From Octopus bimaculoides (taxonomy: Eukaryota), in assembly GCF_001194135.2 (NCBI RefSeq), contig NC_068988.1, forward strand, positions 45,911,674 to 45,975,673: 64,000 bases of DNA, written 5' to 3'. Shown piece by piece: positions 25,082 through 36,510 of the stretch (positions within the stretch are counted from its first letter, which is position 1; each line of letters opens with the position of its first letter). Both the position numbers and the translations under genes were made by a program. The notes under the pieces are model-generated. The model ran no database searches and had not been told where the DNA came from. It saw only the letters and a program-made list of their open reading frames with translations.

Positions 25082-27008
25082 TACTGCGTTTCAAATTATC
25101 AACGACGTAACATTTGTTTATTACCTCTGCCTTCGCTAAAACGGAGGTATTGTTTTCAGTCGTGTTTGTTTGTCTGTGTGTCCATGGACAAGATATCTCA
25201 AGAACTGCTGGATGGATTCGGATGAAACTTTCAGTGATGTTTGGCCTCATGACTGGCACAAACTGACTAGATTTTGATAGATCCAGTACTGGACGAGGAT
25301 TCTGGATTATTTTTCCGGGTCTTTTTAACTTAATTTTTTGAGAGCGGTCGTGTTCACTTTTGGTTTTCTCGCTTGTGAGAGCAGTCGAGTTTATTTCAGA
25401 TATCCTCATTTTAAAAATCATAATTGAGAGAACTTTAGTGTTGACTTGGCGGAAGTTTGCGCTCTCTGAGTGCTCTTGTTTTATTTGAAACTACTCATTG
25501 GAATTCAACGAAATTTCCACAGAATGATAGCAACAGCTATATGCGCGTGATGTGTAAAAAAAACGTGAGGTTTTGTGAAAGTGTAAACAAACTGCGGCTG
25601 TTTGCATGACCCGCACGAGCTTTCAGTATTACAAATTATTAATGAGTGGTCTTGTAATCGTGTCATTATGGTTTGTAAATGTGACTTAACTGCTTCAGAG
25701 AAATCTGTTATTACTTCTGAACCTGCAAAATATCTCAAATAATTGGAAGAAATCACCAAACTGTGAAAACGTTTATTATAGCCTCTACGAGGATATGTGA
25801 GAGAGATAAGAATCAGTCAAGGACTGTTTCTCAACGTTCTCTTTCATGAATTAAGCATGAAGTTGTAAAGTAATCAGGTCTTACAAGTGGAGAATTTTTC
25901 AAGTGTATTGGCAAAACAACTGTTCTGAATTATCCGATGACGTCTACTGAAAATGGTTGGTAAACCACTGACATCAGTTAAAAGGCCTCCTTTAAACGAA
26001 ATACACATACAAAATCGTTCGAAATGAGCAGAAAATAATATGAAGGTCGACTATTCAAAAGTTTTGGTTACGGACGAAATTCGTGCTACTCTTGCTGGAC
26101 CTGATGGTTAGAGCAAGAGATAGGTTTTAAATGGATGAGAAGATTGTAAAAGTTTGATAGTTACAATAGAGACATTAGTCTCTCTCTCTATCACCTTTCA
26201 ACAAAATTATATATTAAGAAACAGTAGAACAATTAACAACATAATAAAAATAAGTTTCATTTTTGGTGATGCTTGGTTTTACAAATCCTGTGTTATTCAG
26301 CCTGGCAGCCGCTGGTTAACATGAAATCAGCATTGGAAGATTAATAGTTGTATAACATCAGAGGAGATCCAGAAATTAGCATGTTCTATGGACCAGCGCC
26401 TTTTCCAACTTATTTTAAACAAACTCTCATACAACCTGTAGGCGCAGTTACCTCCCCTGATGGCAGCTGCTTAATTAGTTGGCCATAGAAGGCACACACG
26501 AACATTAAGATTCAGACACTCACCTCTTCCTTTTTTTGCATCGAGACGCCAGACTGTGAAGACGTAACCTAACTGGCTCTCTTACGACACGCGGCGACTA
26601 GCAGACAGGAGGTAATGCACAGAAAAAGATCATGGTCTCCACGCATAAAATCATTTCCATTTATCATTCAACTTGTATATATACTGTATGTAAGGCCGAC
26701 ATTAAAGGTATTTAAATTTACAGCCTTGTTCTATGTATTTCTTTGTACCGTGTTCCTATCAGTTGATATTACAGCCTTCTGAAGAGAGTCATATTAGATG
26801 ACTTCATAACACTGATTCAAACAACCGTCTAAACACCCTTACTAACCAGCAAACCTATCATTTTTGAACGCTGTTTATTTCATTATTTTTATTTTTTCCA
26901 AGATTGTGACTGCATGTGTTCATTTCAGTATATACATCAAACAGTTAAACTATTATTTTCTTGCTTACATGAGTTTTAATTACACCTCACGTATAATTTG
27001 AAACAGTG
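25082..27008 (+). mobile_element. Tc1/Tc3-like DNA transposon, internally deleted
   Basis: TIR match TACTGCGTTTCAAATTAT (25082) versus reverse complement of ATAATTTGAAACAGTG (ends 27008). Transposase from ATG 25668: MVCKCDLTASEKSVI..., KRPPL, KVDYSKVLVTDEIRATLAGPDG; C-terminus SEEIQKLACSMDQRLFQLI at about 26360-26425. Confidence 0.8.
25118..25481 (+). mobile_element. Helentron-associated non-autonomous element (HINE / DINE-1-like)
   Basis: 5' subTIR TTATTACCTCTGCC with nearby inverted GGAGGTA, GTTT/GTCT microsatellite, 3' subTIR TTGGCGGAAGT then stem-loop GCGCTC-TCT-GAGTGC and T-rich end; inserted in a T run. Confidence 0.75.
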
Positions 27009-27269
27009 AAAGTTTACGTAAATTTGGTAAATGGCTATAGTTTCTGTGTTGTTTTATGCAACCTCACGTTTTTTACACCCGACTCGTATATGATCGTAGC
27101 CATCATCATGTGAAAATTTCGTTAAATTCCATTGAGTAGTTTTTAAAATAAAATTAAAAAATGTGACGGAACTTGTACAGGTATAATCATATAGGTTTCT
27201 ATATGTCACGTTGTTAATTGTAGCTTTCCACTAGTATTCATTTGTCTTTTACGGCTGCGGAAGTAGACT

Positions 27270-28091
27270 GAGATGTGGAAAAAATCATTCACAACCATTT
27301 CACGATACGCGGAAGTTGTCTGCACTATGGATTCCCCGGTTGCTCACACCTTTTAAAAAGCAAGAACGAGTCAATTGCTCTCAGGCTCTTTTGGCAATGT
27401 GCCAAGAAAACAAGGAGGGCTTTTTCGGCAGACTTATCACTCAGGATGAAACGTGGGTCTATCACTAAGATACTGAGACTAAATTGTAGTCGACGTTATA
27501 GAAGCATAGAAACTCACCACCTCCAAAGAAGGGTCGTGTCCAACCCTCAACAGGCAAGATGATGCTCACAGTTTTTTGGGGACCGGCGTGTAGTAGTGAT
27601 GTTGGATTTTCTGGCAAAGGGCACCACGATTAACGGGACATATTATGTTTCTCTGCTGTAGAAATTGCAGGACGCCATCAAAGCAGAGAAGCGTTGCATG
27701 CTGACCAAAGGAGTTTGCCTCCTCCAAGTCATGCCCCAGTTCACAATGCACATGTTGTTCTGATGAAAGCACACTACTGTAGCTACGAAATCCTTCCTCA
27801 ACCCCGTTACTCTCCCAACAACGTACCATCTGATTTCCAACGATGAATGGTTGGAAAGAGGTGGAAGTCTTTTTTGAATGGGAAGCAGTTTTCAGATGAT
27901 GATGAACTTATTTTCGAGGTAAAGTCTTGACTCTAGACGCAACCGACTTCTACAAACGAGATCTTCATAGTTGCATAAAGCAATGGGAGAAGTGTGTCAC
28001 CATTGGTGATGGCTATGTAGAGACAGACTAATAATTTCTTTTATCTCAGTGTCTGTGGGTTAGGAGAAATCTTTAAGGGACACTCCTCGTA
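27270..28091 (+). mobile_element. mariner (DD34D) transposase remnant with right TIR, 5'-truncated
   Basis: WIPRLL, RLITQDETWVYH, KMMLTVFW, HAPVH, YSPNNVPSDF, QWEKCV...GYVE*; right end CACTCCTCG|TA. Confidence 0.93.
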
Positions 28092-28104
28092 TTATGATTC
28101 CCCC

Positions 28105-29090
28105 AGTTCCCACTTTCGTGCGGATGATATATCTATTTACTTTGTTATACTCTCTGTTCATAGCTAACGATGATTCTGTTGCATCATTCTACAAATTCTT
28201 TAGTGCTGCTGTTTCACACGTCCCAAGGCGTGAAAAAGTGGTATTTATTGGTGAGTTTAATCGGTTCCAACAATTGGTCATTATGGCGTTGGAATGTAAA
28301 TAGGAATGGTTTAGTCTTACCTCAATCTTCAATTGTGCTCTTTTTAACATTTATCAAAAACAAACTTACAAGGTCACGTGTTTTCATCCTGTGGACATGT
28401 GTGGTCGTATGATTGTTATGAGCATGTTCCTTTCCCCGCCCAAATTGACATGTCGCAGGTCCCACGCTAAACATAAAGAGTTCAGGCTTCGAAAGAAAGA
28501 AAGGTTTGCATTGATGGGATAAGAGCCCTTCCAGTCATTGTCGTTGGTTAAACTAGCACAGCCAGACATTTGAAAAACAATGTCCGATCAATTCATTGAT
28601 GCTAGCTTTGAAGATACTTGGAAAATATTAAAGAGTTGTGTTGCTTAGCTTCAAGAAGTATCTTAGAGGTTGTTCGTTTAATAATGAGGCTACTATCAAC
28701 CACAAACTGGAAATATGGCATTCCCTTATAGATCCAAATTTGCCAAATCAATTAGCTGTTAAAAGAAAATGACTTTTAAGTTACATGAGGCAACGTGCGA
28801 CAGAAATTGAGATGGTTTAAAAATTCGTGGTTGTCAAATATTTTGGTAATGGTTCAAAGTACTTTGATATGAAGGACTCTGAAACAGATAATCAACCATT
28901 GATTATCTGTAGTTTCTCTAGAATTCAAAGCTCGCACAACATCTGGTAGAACTTTACAAATGTTATGCAATATTGGAAGGAGCGTTTTGCTAATCTTTCA
29001 TATTTTCCAATCATTCGGTTAAAGACGAAGTGTTATTGAAGTCATACTCAGTGTTTTGAAGAGATTTTATCTTTATACCAAGGTAATTAC
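28105..29090 (+). mobile_element. RTE-clade LINE, AP endonuclease and linker (left of the LTR insertion)
   Basis: PTFV...DDSVASFY...VPRREKVVFIGEFN...GHYGVG..NRNGLVL (APE motifs); QYWKERFANL linker; ILSLYQG just before the insertion. Confidence 0.7.
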
Positions 29091-29097
29091 CCCTTAG

Positions 29098-29817
29098 TGT
29101 TACTCAGCAAACAATCAGGCTATTACATTGAGTAGGGTACTATGGACAAATCTTTTTCTCAGTTACGACTGTTGAAGCAAAGACTGTATTTCTTTAGCTC
29201 GGGTCGCCAAATGTAGCGGCTAATGTAGTATCAGAAGGCAGTGGTTCTTTTTAGTCGGGACAGCGAGTTCTTTTTAAGTCAGGATCACCAATTGTAAAGA
29301 TAAATGTTAGAATCGGAAGTTACCAATTGTAACGGGAGATGCAGTAATTCGTTTTGAGTTGTTATCAAAGTGTAACGGGTGTTGATGTTGCAGAAGAACA
29401 AAGGTTGAAGTTGATGTTGACTCCAAATCTTATTTACCTTTATTTTATGTAAAACCACTCGCGATAGCGTGCGTGTATAATATAATTGAGAGTAAATTTT
29501 TCTTTGTATAAGTGTGTATAATATTCTTGTCCTTAGTAGTAATAAGCAAAAGATAGTGACAGAGTGATGTTTGCTAGAAGAGAAAGATGAGCTAGTGAAA
29601 GTGAAAGAGAGCAGAGGGAAGTTGTATGTATCATAGTGGCCGATTGTTTTCTCTCGTCCTCCGGTCGTCTCTGGCCATCCCCTTTCATCAACTAACTTTT
29701 CCTTACGGATTTTAGTATTTATAACCATGCAAGCCAGCTAGAAAGAGAGGTATATTGCCGAGGAGAATGGACTGCTCGATGTCGGTCGCCCTTATCTAAT
29801 TTCAACTTTTGATGACA
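29098..29817 (-). mobile_element. LTR-like insertion (TG...CA) inside the RTE; TATA box, polyA signal and multiple PBS-like junctions
   Basis: Ends TGTTAC (29098) and ATGACA (29817); minus-strand TTATAAATA at about 29720 and AATAAA at about 29440; TTTACA-AT-TGGTGATCCTGAC at 29293-29278. RTE coding resumes on both sides. Only a 3-nt TAG duplication is seen at the flanks. Confidence 0.7.
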
Positions 29818-30540
29818 TAGAAGATGTTAAAAGTCAAATGAAAACATAAATTTACCTGGCAAAGCCAATATGTTGAACGTCACTCTTGTCAACTATTGGT
29901 TTTCTCTGAGAAAAATGCTGTAGAAATGTTAAGGGAAATTTGCCGATTCGGGTTCGAATCAGCTCTGTGCTCAAATGAAGCCACTAGAATTCTGAGGTTG
30001 ATGTTTAATCTCGCTACGTTATTATCAGCAACCAGTAGAAGTTTATATTAAATTGTTCTCGTGTTCAATTAATCTTGTAATAAAATTATATTACATCCTG
30101 TTCGTGTTTGATAAATTTGGTTTCATATGCAGTCGAGCATACACCAATAAATAACATTCTCAAACAGTGACATTAGTGACAACCAAATCCCTGTCAGTGC
30201 AAGAAAATATATCGCAACGCGCAGACTTGGGTCGCATTCAGCAGACAATTTTCGAATAAAATTGCTGTTAAACAGTGATATCAGGTTTCGCCTTTATTTT
30301 CATTATACTTCTTATTTATGCTGTTCTGTTGTTTAAGATATATAGGCGTAAGTATAAGAAATGTCTTCGATCGAAGAGGCTCCACTGCAAGACAAAGAGG
30401 TGCAAACTTTGATTCAGAAGCTTCTTTACGCAGATTATAATATTTTTGCTGTTCTTACGGGAAAAGAAATGCAGCTGCGTGTATAGTATTTAGCCTCACT
30501 ATAAGCTTGAAGAACAAACACATTTATATGATTTCACAAC
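29818..30540 (+). mobile_element. RTE-clade LINE RT domain (continuation)
   Basis: NLPGKA...LREICRFGF..., GVSIRN, TLIQKLLYADYNIFAVLTGKEMQ (LLFADD equivalent). Confidence 0.65.
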
Positions 30541-30584
30541 TGAAGATCTAGCAGATCACCAATTAGTAGGTCATACCCATTTAT

Positions 30585-30870
30585 GGGTGAAGGTGCGTGG
30601 CTTAGTGGTTAGAGTATTCGGCTCACGATCGCAAGGTCATGAGTTCAATTCCCGGCGACGCGTTGTGTCCTTGAGCAAGACACTTTATTTCACATTGTTC
30701 CAGTCAACTCTGCGGGCAAAAATGAGAGGAACCTCTATTTCAAAGGGCCAGCCTTGTCACGCAGTTTCACGTTGAATCTCCCTGGGAACTACATGCACGT
30801 TAATTTCACAAGCAGGCTGTTCCGTTTATCGGATCAACTGGAACCCTCGTTGTAAGCGACGATGTGCCAG
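30585..30870 (+). mobile_element. SINE family C
   Basis: A box GTGGCTTAGTGG, B box GAGTTCAATTCC, GTGTCCTTGAGCAAGACAC core; tail shared with 53085. Confidence 0.88.
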
Positions 30871-30934
30871 TGCTGCATGTACCACCCGTTTATCAACTTC
30901 GGTGCTGATAACAACTGGTATATTTATTCCTTTA

Positions 30935-31260
30935 CTTATTTCAGTCATTTGACTGCAACCATGCTGGAGCACCACCTTTAGTCGAACAAATCGATCCCAT
31001 GATTTATTCTTTGTAAGCCAAGTACTTATTCTATCGGTCTATTTTGCTGAACTGCTAAGTTACGGGGACGTAAACATACCAACATCGGTTGTCAAACGAT
31101 GGTGAGGGGGACAAACACACACACACATATATATGTATGTACAACGGGCTTCTTTCACAAGGCTTTGGTCAGACCGAGGATATAGTAGAAGACACTTACC
31201 CAAAGTGCCACGCAGTGGGACTGAACCCAGAACCACCTTACCACATAGCCACTCCTGTAA
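30935..31260 (-). mobile_element. SINE family B
   Basis: Reverse complement of the 39885 copy, including the internal CA/TA microsatellite. Confidence 0.9.
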
Positions 31261-32129
31261 ATCCAAGGATATGGTACATCTCAACATCGCAAAAGATGCT
31301 CAGGAGAAAATGTAGCCGGGCAATGAGAAAATATATAGGAGAAATGGGCCGGCGCTGTAGCACAGAGGAAATTGATAAAATCTAGCATATGTATAGTGGA
31401 AAAACAAAAACAAAACGTGAGCAGCTAATCATAACAGCATAGATACAAATGGTGAATCGATAGACAACATAGAAAAATGTTTTTCAACACGCCCTCTCAT
31501 TTAACAGAAAGTATGAGAAGAGTAACAACAATCTATGCATATGTAATCATCTCCTCCTCTCACTCACTCACCTACAAAATACACATCAACAATAATAAAG
31601 AACTGTGACAAAAGTAATAACACAAAAGTGTATCCACAATGCAAATTACATAATACAATGTAATGTATTGTAGTACAATATTGCATTGGAATATAACTGA
31701 TTAATTAGCAATATATATATGTGTGCAATATATACATACGTGTACGAGTGTGTGTGTATATGTATAAATATAGGAAAGAAGTCATGAGAGAAAAAAACAA
31801 GATAATAATGCAACACATGCCTTAGGCCATGAGAAGAACAGTGGAACAAAAATCAACAACAAAAGTGTGTGTGTGTGTGCGTAAACTTACAAATAAATTC
31901 CATGAACGAATGGAAATTTTCCATTTATAGACTTAGTGCCGATGGAAGGCAGTGAGATTGTCACAATAGTGTGACAAAAGATTTTGATAAACCAACTGAA
32001 TGTTTAGGTAACTGATAAAATAGAAGTTAACAACAGCTACTATGTTTTTATAATTAGAACGACCTTCTCAATGTACAACATGTTTCAACTCGCAATTTAT
32101 CAAAAATCTGGCAATACATATAAATATTG

Positions 32130-32310
32130 TCGAAAAAGAAAGAGTTGCGTGCATTGATGCCTAAATCGAAAAAATGTACATTGAACAAGAAAGCAACAAC
32201 AAATGGAACGGAAGTGAAATTTCCTTTTTCAACGGTTGACCAATCTAAGAAATTTTTCCCAGCTCAGTGTGAGAAAATTCTCTCCTCTGGACAGCTAATG
32301 AAAGAAAAAT
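32130..32310 (+). mobile_element. Possible mariner N-terminal fragment
   Basis: Weak resemblance (KKF...LSSGQ versus KKF..G...L.D..RSGRP). Confidence 0.2.
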
Positions 32311-32789
32311 TCCATGTTTGTTCCGTCTCTTACTGTCTTTTCGTCTGCTATCTATTTCTCAGTAGATACCGTGAGTCTTGTTTTACACATCACTCGGCTT
32401 AGTACAATTTGGATTATGGCTAAAATTTTATTTTATCTTATGTATTCATAATCACAACTTCATTTAATTTCAATTTATTTCTTCGATAGTGTAATATACC
32501 ACACGTCAAATAAATAACGCTTGAGTAATTTTTTAATATTTTCTTTAATATCTTCGACAACGGAAAACATTTTACAGAAACTACAAAACAGTTGAATAGA
32601 AACGAAGAAATTGTTGGGATAGTTTTTAAAAAATTAAGAAACAATCAGGGCCAGTATAATTGCTGCATCTTTAATAATCCTGAAACAAGTACCTGTAGTG
32701 AAACCTCTCTCTCGGGTATTCAATCATAAATGATAACAAAGCTGCTAACATCTAGCCTTCGGCTGCCTTGGACCCTTCTGTCCACCATC

Positions 32790-32930
32790 CTGATTGGTTC
32801 TTATTTGCGCGGCAATTGTCCTCATATTCTGGTTGGTCAGGGTGCATTCTGTCCAATCGTGGCCTTCAGATAAGGTCACGTGAGAGAGAGTTTTTCTGCG
32901 TTCCGTGGAGCCCTATTTTACCTATAAATA
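32790..32930 (+). promoter_or_regulatory. Pol II promoter-like cluster
   Basis: GATTGG (reverse CCAAT) at about 32792, CCAATCG at about 32852, E-box GTCACGTGA 32876-32884, TATAAATA 32923-32930. Confidence 0.55.
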
Positions 32931-33063
32931 AGTCCGATCCAACGACGCCATTCGTCTTCGATTTCAGATCTCTCATCCGTCTGGTCGCTGACCACATATA
33001 CAGAACACAGCTACAGCCAGTTCCGGCGCCGACTTCTTCACCACCAATCTACTGACTACCACA

Positions 33064-33300
33064 ATGTCGTCGCCAGCAACCCCACCACAGAGTACACACC
33101 AAGTTCAACACACTCGGTTTTATATCGACACTGCTTGAGTGGATTATTCCCACCACGAGCAACAGTCGGAACTAACCTACGAGAATATTCTGTACAAGGT
33201 AAACGGTCACAGCATCGACGCTCAACACACATATTGTGATACCACAGCTCTGCTCCTTGGCCACAACTTCCTGAGTATGAACATTCTATATCTTGTGTAA
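33064..33300 (+). pseudogene. 78-codon ORF with one internal TGA, unknown product
   Basis: Kozak-like CACAATGT; MSSPATPPQSTHQVQHTRFYIDTA*VDYSHHEQQSELTYENILYKVNGHSIDAQHTYCDTTALLLGHNFLSMNILYLV*. TGA 33136-33138 could derive from CGA. Confidence 0.35.
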
Positions 33301-34015
33301 CTCTTATACGAACTGGTTTTCTCTATCTCAGTGTTTGAAGATTTTTTACAGTCTATGTTACAGACACTCTTTCTATGTTCCTCTCCCTCACACACACACA
33401 CTTGTACACTCACATATTGTACACACACTATTGCTTATACGATTGTCCGTTATTTCACATTGTTGTATACATACTCTTGTACAAGAAGGCCTGACTTATC
33501 TACTGTGTTATTTATATGTCGCATGCACGTACACACAAACACAAACAGTTTCACTATGTTAATAAATTTACTCTCATTATATATCTAACGGTTGTGTTTG
33601 TCCTATGTTCTTTTACTGGCACTATGGCTCGTATCTCTCACGACGAGCCTTCTATATATTATATATATATATTATGTTTTGTGTTCGACCGTGCGACATG
33701 GTAAAGAGGAGCCTTTTCCGTCTACGTCGCCATCTCCTTTGGTTCGCACGGTCGAATTATTACACACCATACATATGTAGTAACATTGTGAACCCAATAA
33801 AACAACCTTATTATTTTGGCAACATAAAACTCCATGTTATGTCTTAGGATAATCAAGCTAAATATACATTTCAATAAATATTTAAGTTTGGTTTGTGTTT
33901 CTTTTTATCTATAATGTGATTAGAAACGTGTTACCTTCGTTTCACACGATTTCGGTTTGTACAGTGACTAACAGAAATAATCTTCTGTATAAACTGGGAA
34001 ACAACCCTTTCTTCA

Positions 34016-34020
<5 letters not shown>

Positions 34021-34071
<51 letters not shown>
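34021..34071. repeat. (CT)n microsatellite at a gap edge
   Basis: Direct reading. Confidence 0.95.
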
Positions 34072-34559
34072 NNNNNNNNNNNNNNNNNNNNNNNNNNNNN
34101 NNNNNNNNNNNNNNNNNNNNNNNNNNNNNNNNNNNNNNNNNNNNNNNNNNNNNNNNNNNNNNNNNNNNNNNNNNNNNNNNNNNNNNNNNNNNNNNATATA
34201 TATAAGGTAATGTTTGTTGCTACTTCAATATGACTGTTCCATACGAATGACATTACTACACTTTTTTAGCCTCAGGGGAACACCTTTTCCAGCTAGTTAA
34301 TGGAAGTGTATTCCTGGGGTTAAAAAAGTATAGTAACGCAGTTCCGTACAGAACAGCCATGTTGAAGTGACAATAAACATTACTTTTCGATAGATTTACT
34401 GCCTGCATCTCTTATAGAGATTTTAGAACGAGCTACTATGCTTATATATATGAATGCAACTATGCCTACGACTTAATGGAATGCATAATAGACTGTATGA
34501 ACGTAATGTCTTTATACCCATCCATTGATGTTGACTTTGCTGTGGTGATATATATGGAC

Positions 34560-36110
34560 ATGATCAATGAGAGCAACGTGGAGTTTCGTGGTGTTGACAA
34601 AGAAGAACTGGGCCTCCTCCTGAGACTGACATGTGACAAGGATTACTTTAGATGAACATGACCTTAGTTGTTTTTGTCTAACTAGATTGGTAAGAGGTAA
34701 ACCCCCTGCTATAAACTCTATGTCCAAGAAGACCCCTGGACAAAGATGGAATGGGTAGACGATGATCAGGTTAAAAAGATGGTCACAGTTGCAGTGGGTG
34801 GGTGGAAGTACCAAAATCACACTAAGAGACCACATATTTAAGTTTAATAACAAGTTATATGCCTAAGAAGAAGGTGCAGCCATCGGTGTCAGTATCAGTG
34901 GTGATGTGGCTAACATATTAATGGTATGGTGGGTTAAGAGACTCAAAGAGAAATTAGCATAGCACTCCATAACCCTAACTATGTACTCCCGCTATGTGGA
35001 TAATATCAACATAGTAGCCAAAGCACCCGTACAAAACAATGTTGATGATCTAGAAGCTAACACTATGGAGAACATCCAGCAAATAGCTAACTTCGTCCAC
35101 CAGAGTATTAAAATAACAATAGACTGCCTTAACAAGCAGCCAAACTATAGGTCAGTGGTTTTAGACAGGGAACTCTGGCTGGAAACCAAGAACAGTAAGG
35201 TCCAGATCCTTGGCTCCCATTAGGCCAAATCCATGACCTCTAACTACAACAGTCCACAAGAACGAAGCTATTGCGGACAGCACCAAGTTCAATATTCTTA
35301 TAGCAGACGTGGTGAGTGATGAGGACTGTCCTGCATGTGTGACCCTATAGAATTGGAAAGACACATACAGCACTTTATCCACTGCATGCAGTTCTCTGGT
35401 TACAACCAAAGGGAGTGGCTTAGTGTGTACAAAGGATCCAGGGCTAAGTGCAAAGCCATCATAAGGAGGGAGATGTAAAGGGGACCTGCCTGCTATGCAG
35501 GAGTAAATCCTAGAACAGCATAGAAAGGTCCAGAAAAAAGAAAGATAAGGCCAACTCATTGTATGATGACAAAGAGTACCAGGGTGTCATGTTTGTTGGT
35601 GGCATTGAACTTGCATACCTTTTTAGAAAAGCATTAGATAAAGCTAATCTATGTATTAAAGTAGTAGAAAGACCTGGAACCCACATAAAATCCCTGATTT
35701 GTAGAACTTATCTTTTCGATAGGTCCCCATGTTTGGGAACAATTGTATAATATGTAGGATGAACTCGTAGGTTAACTGTAAGGTTAGGAATATAGTGTAT
35801 AGCTTGCAATGTACTGAGAGATGGTGCAGAAACAAGACAAATACTTACATTGGAGAGGCAACACACAGCATAAGGGAGCATATAGATGAACACTGGTGGG
35901 AGCTTAAAGAGGAGAAAGGCTTGTGAGTCTTCTACCAACATGCTCAAGCAAAATATAGAGGTTCAGTTGATAGCATAGAGGTGAAGGCATTATTAATGCA
36001 AAGAACTCACACAACACTGTGACAGATCACAGATGCTACACACATAGCAATAGACAGACTGAGCCTCAGCAGAAAACATGAATGGAACAATAACACTCAC
36101 CACGACACCA
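34560..36110 (+). mobile_element. Penelope-like element RT plus GIY-YIG remnant
   Basis: HIFKFNNKLYA*EEGAAIGVSISGDVANILM, MYSRYVDN, IANFVHQSI; endonuclease NIVYSLQC...TYIGE...EH...RKHEWNN; many stops and frameshifts. Confidence 0.88.
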
Positions 36111-36164
36111 CGCAACATGTCCACTAAAGACAAAAGAGAGAAAATATTTTTTTAAAAAGTAAGC

Positions 36165-36510
36165 ATAGGTGTAGGAGTGGCTGTGTGATAAATAGCTTGC
36201 TTACCAACCACATGGCTCCGGGTTCAGTCCCACTGTGTGGCACCTTGGGCAAGTGTCTTCTATTATAGCCTCGGGCTGACCAAAGCCTTGTGAGTGGATT
36301 TGGTAGATGGAAACTGAAAGAAGCCTGTCGTATATACATTGCTTGACAACCGATGCTGGTGTGTTTACATCCCCGTAACTTAGCAGTTTGGCAAAAGAGA
36401 CCAATAGAATAAGTATTAGGCTTACAAAGAATAAGTACTGGGGTCGATTTGCTCAACTAAAGGCGGTGCTCCAGCATGGCTACAGTCAAATGACTGAAAC
36501 AAGTAAAAGA
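36165..36510 (+). mobile_element. SINE family B (internal microsatellite largely absent)
   Basis: Matches the 39885 copy except for the central CA/TA tract. Confidence 0.92.

Larger units (their letters stand above)
32694..33764 (+). mobile_element. TG..CA-bounded solo-LTR-like element containing a promoter and a small ORF
   Basis: TGTAGTG (32694) ... ATTACA (33764); flanks TACC/CACC (4-bp duplication, one mismatch); CpG-rich relative to flanks; AATAAA at 33561. Confidence 0.5.

Noticed and set aside
29197-29380. CRISPR-like interpretation of the repeated junctions
   Set aside because: Repeats are short and degenerate, spacing is irregular, there are no cas genes, and the context is eukaryotic.
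29285-29728. 147-aa minus-strand ORF
   Set aside because: Spans LTR low-complexity sequence and PBS junctions; its composition is not protein-like.
30590-30670. tRNA-like sequences (also 53090, 39890 and 14700)
   Set aside because: They are SINE heads continuing into core and tail; no complete cloverleaf or Pol III terminator.
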